In this document: piece after piece, positions 63,378-64,000 of the stretch
Numbering within the stretch: the stretch's first letter is position 1
Layout: every line of letters begins with the position of its first letter
Assembly (NCBI GenBank): GCA_050273025.1
Contig: CP158635.1
Span: 18,786,001 to 18,850,000 of the forward strand
Source of the DNA: Cenococcum geophilum
Lineage: Eukaryota
DNA length: 64,000 nt
Direction of reading: 5' to 3'
Made by a program: the position numbers and the translations under genes
The notes under the pieces: model-generated
Seen by the model: only the letters and a program-made list of their open reading frames with translations
Databases searched by the model: none
What the model was told of the DNA's origin: nothing

Positions 63378-63407
63378 CATATAGAGCCTTTATACATAGA
63401 GCTTTAT

Positions 63408-63714
63408 CCCTTAACCCGTCAGCGTCCTATATTATTAATAAGACATGGTCCGTACATAGAACAACAAAGCAGAGCGAGGGCGGCAAAGACTCTTTACGGC
63501 TGCAACATTTACAGGATTCCGTTCTGCATAAAAACGATATACTAGCAGCCTTATATTAACTAACTTAATATTGGGAATTAAACCTATATAGGGCTCCTGT
63601 AAAAGGGGGGTCGGGTATTAGGGACTTTAAATATCTCAGCACGACCAAATATCTAAGCTACATGATTGGCCAGTTCTTATCGATAATGTAGGACGAAATT
63701 TGACGGGTTAAGGG
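63408..63714. mobile_element. MITE (307 bp) with CCC...GGG termini and 2-bp TSD
   Basis: TIRs CCCTTAACCCGTCA...CGTCCTA.ATTAT..ATAAGA; comparison with the empty array site in copy 1 shows 2 extra bases (AT). Confidence 0.85.
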
Positions 63715-64000
63715 ATATAGAGCCTTATATAAAGCCTCGCGCAAAGCTTTATATAGAGCTTTGTATAGGGCTTTGTATAGAGCTTCGTATAAAGCTTTAT
63801 GCAGAGCTTTATATAGAGCTTTATGCAGAGCTTTGTATAGAGTTTTATATAGAGCCTCGTATAGAGCCTCTATACGCAGACCTTCGTGTAGAGCCTTGTG
63901 TAGAGCCTTATATAGAGCCTTATATAAAGCTTTATATAGAGCTTTATATAGAGCTTTATATAAAGCTTTATATAGAGCTTTGTATAGAGCTTCGTATAGA

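Larger units (their letters stand above)
57303..64000 (-). mobile_element. Non-autonomous TIR DNA element copy 2 (inverted relative to copy 1), interrupted by Ngaro and a MITE, runs off the window
   Basis: 57303-58635 is the reverse complement of ~45908-47193; the 12-bp array resumes at 63381 and 63715. Confidence 0.88.

Overview
Eukaryotic DNA from a filamentous ascomycete (GT-AG introns with CTRAC branch points, a dispersed 5S gene, RIP-type TpA-rich repeats; a Dothideomycete-like origin is inference only). Bases 1-37 kb are a gene-containing region: HAK/KUP K+ transporter, allantoate-permease pseudogene, glutaredoxin, RPL9, aldo-keto reductase, a conserved hypothetical gene, 5S rRNA, GH45 endoglucanase, CUE5-like gene, agmatinase, MAPR/cytochrome b5-like gene, a small Cys/His-rich ORF, NOP4 and an MFS pseudogene, interspersed with a Tc1 relic, MITEs and LTR-like relics. 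Bases 37.25-64 kb are one RIP-mutated nest of transposons that can be reconstructed base by base. A Copia element (LTR with ~50-bp terminal inverted repeats) contains a Helitron. The Helitron contains a Tad1-like LINE, a non-autonomous LTR element and a 2-kb TIR element. A second TIR copy lies inside the LINE, and one TIR copy carries a complete Ngaro-type tyrosine-recombinase retrotransposon plus a MITE. The ~10.1-kb segment between the two inverted TIR copies has been inverted, as shown by the LINE's 13-bp target-site duplication now lying in opposite orientations. All calls come from reading the sequence; no searches were run.
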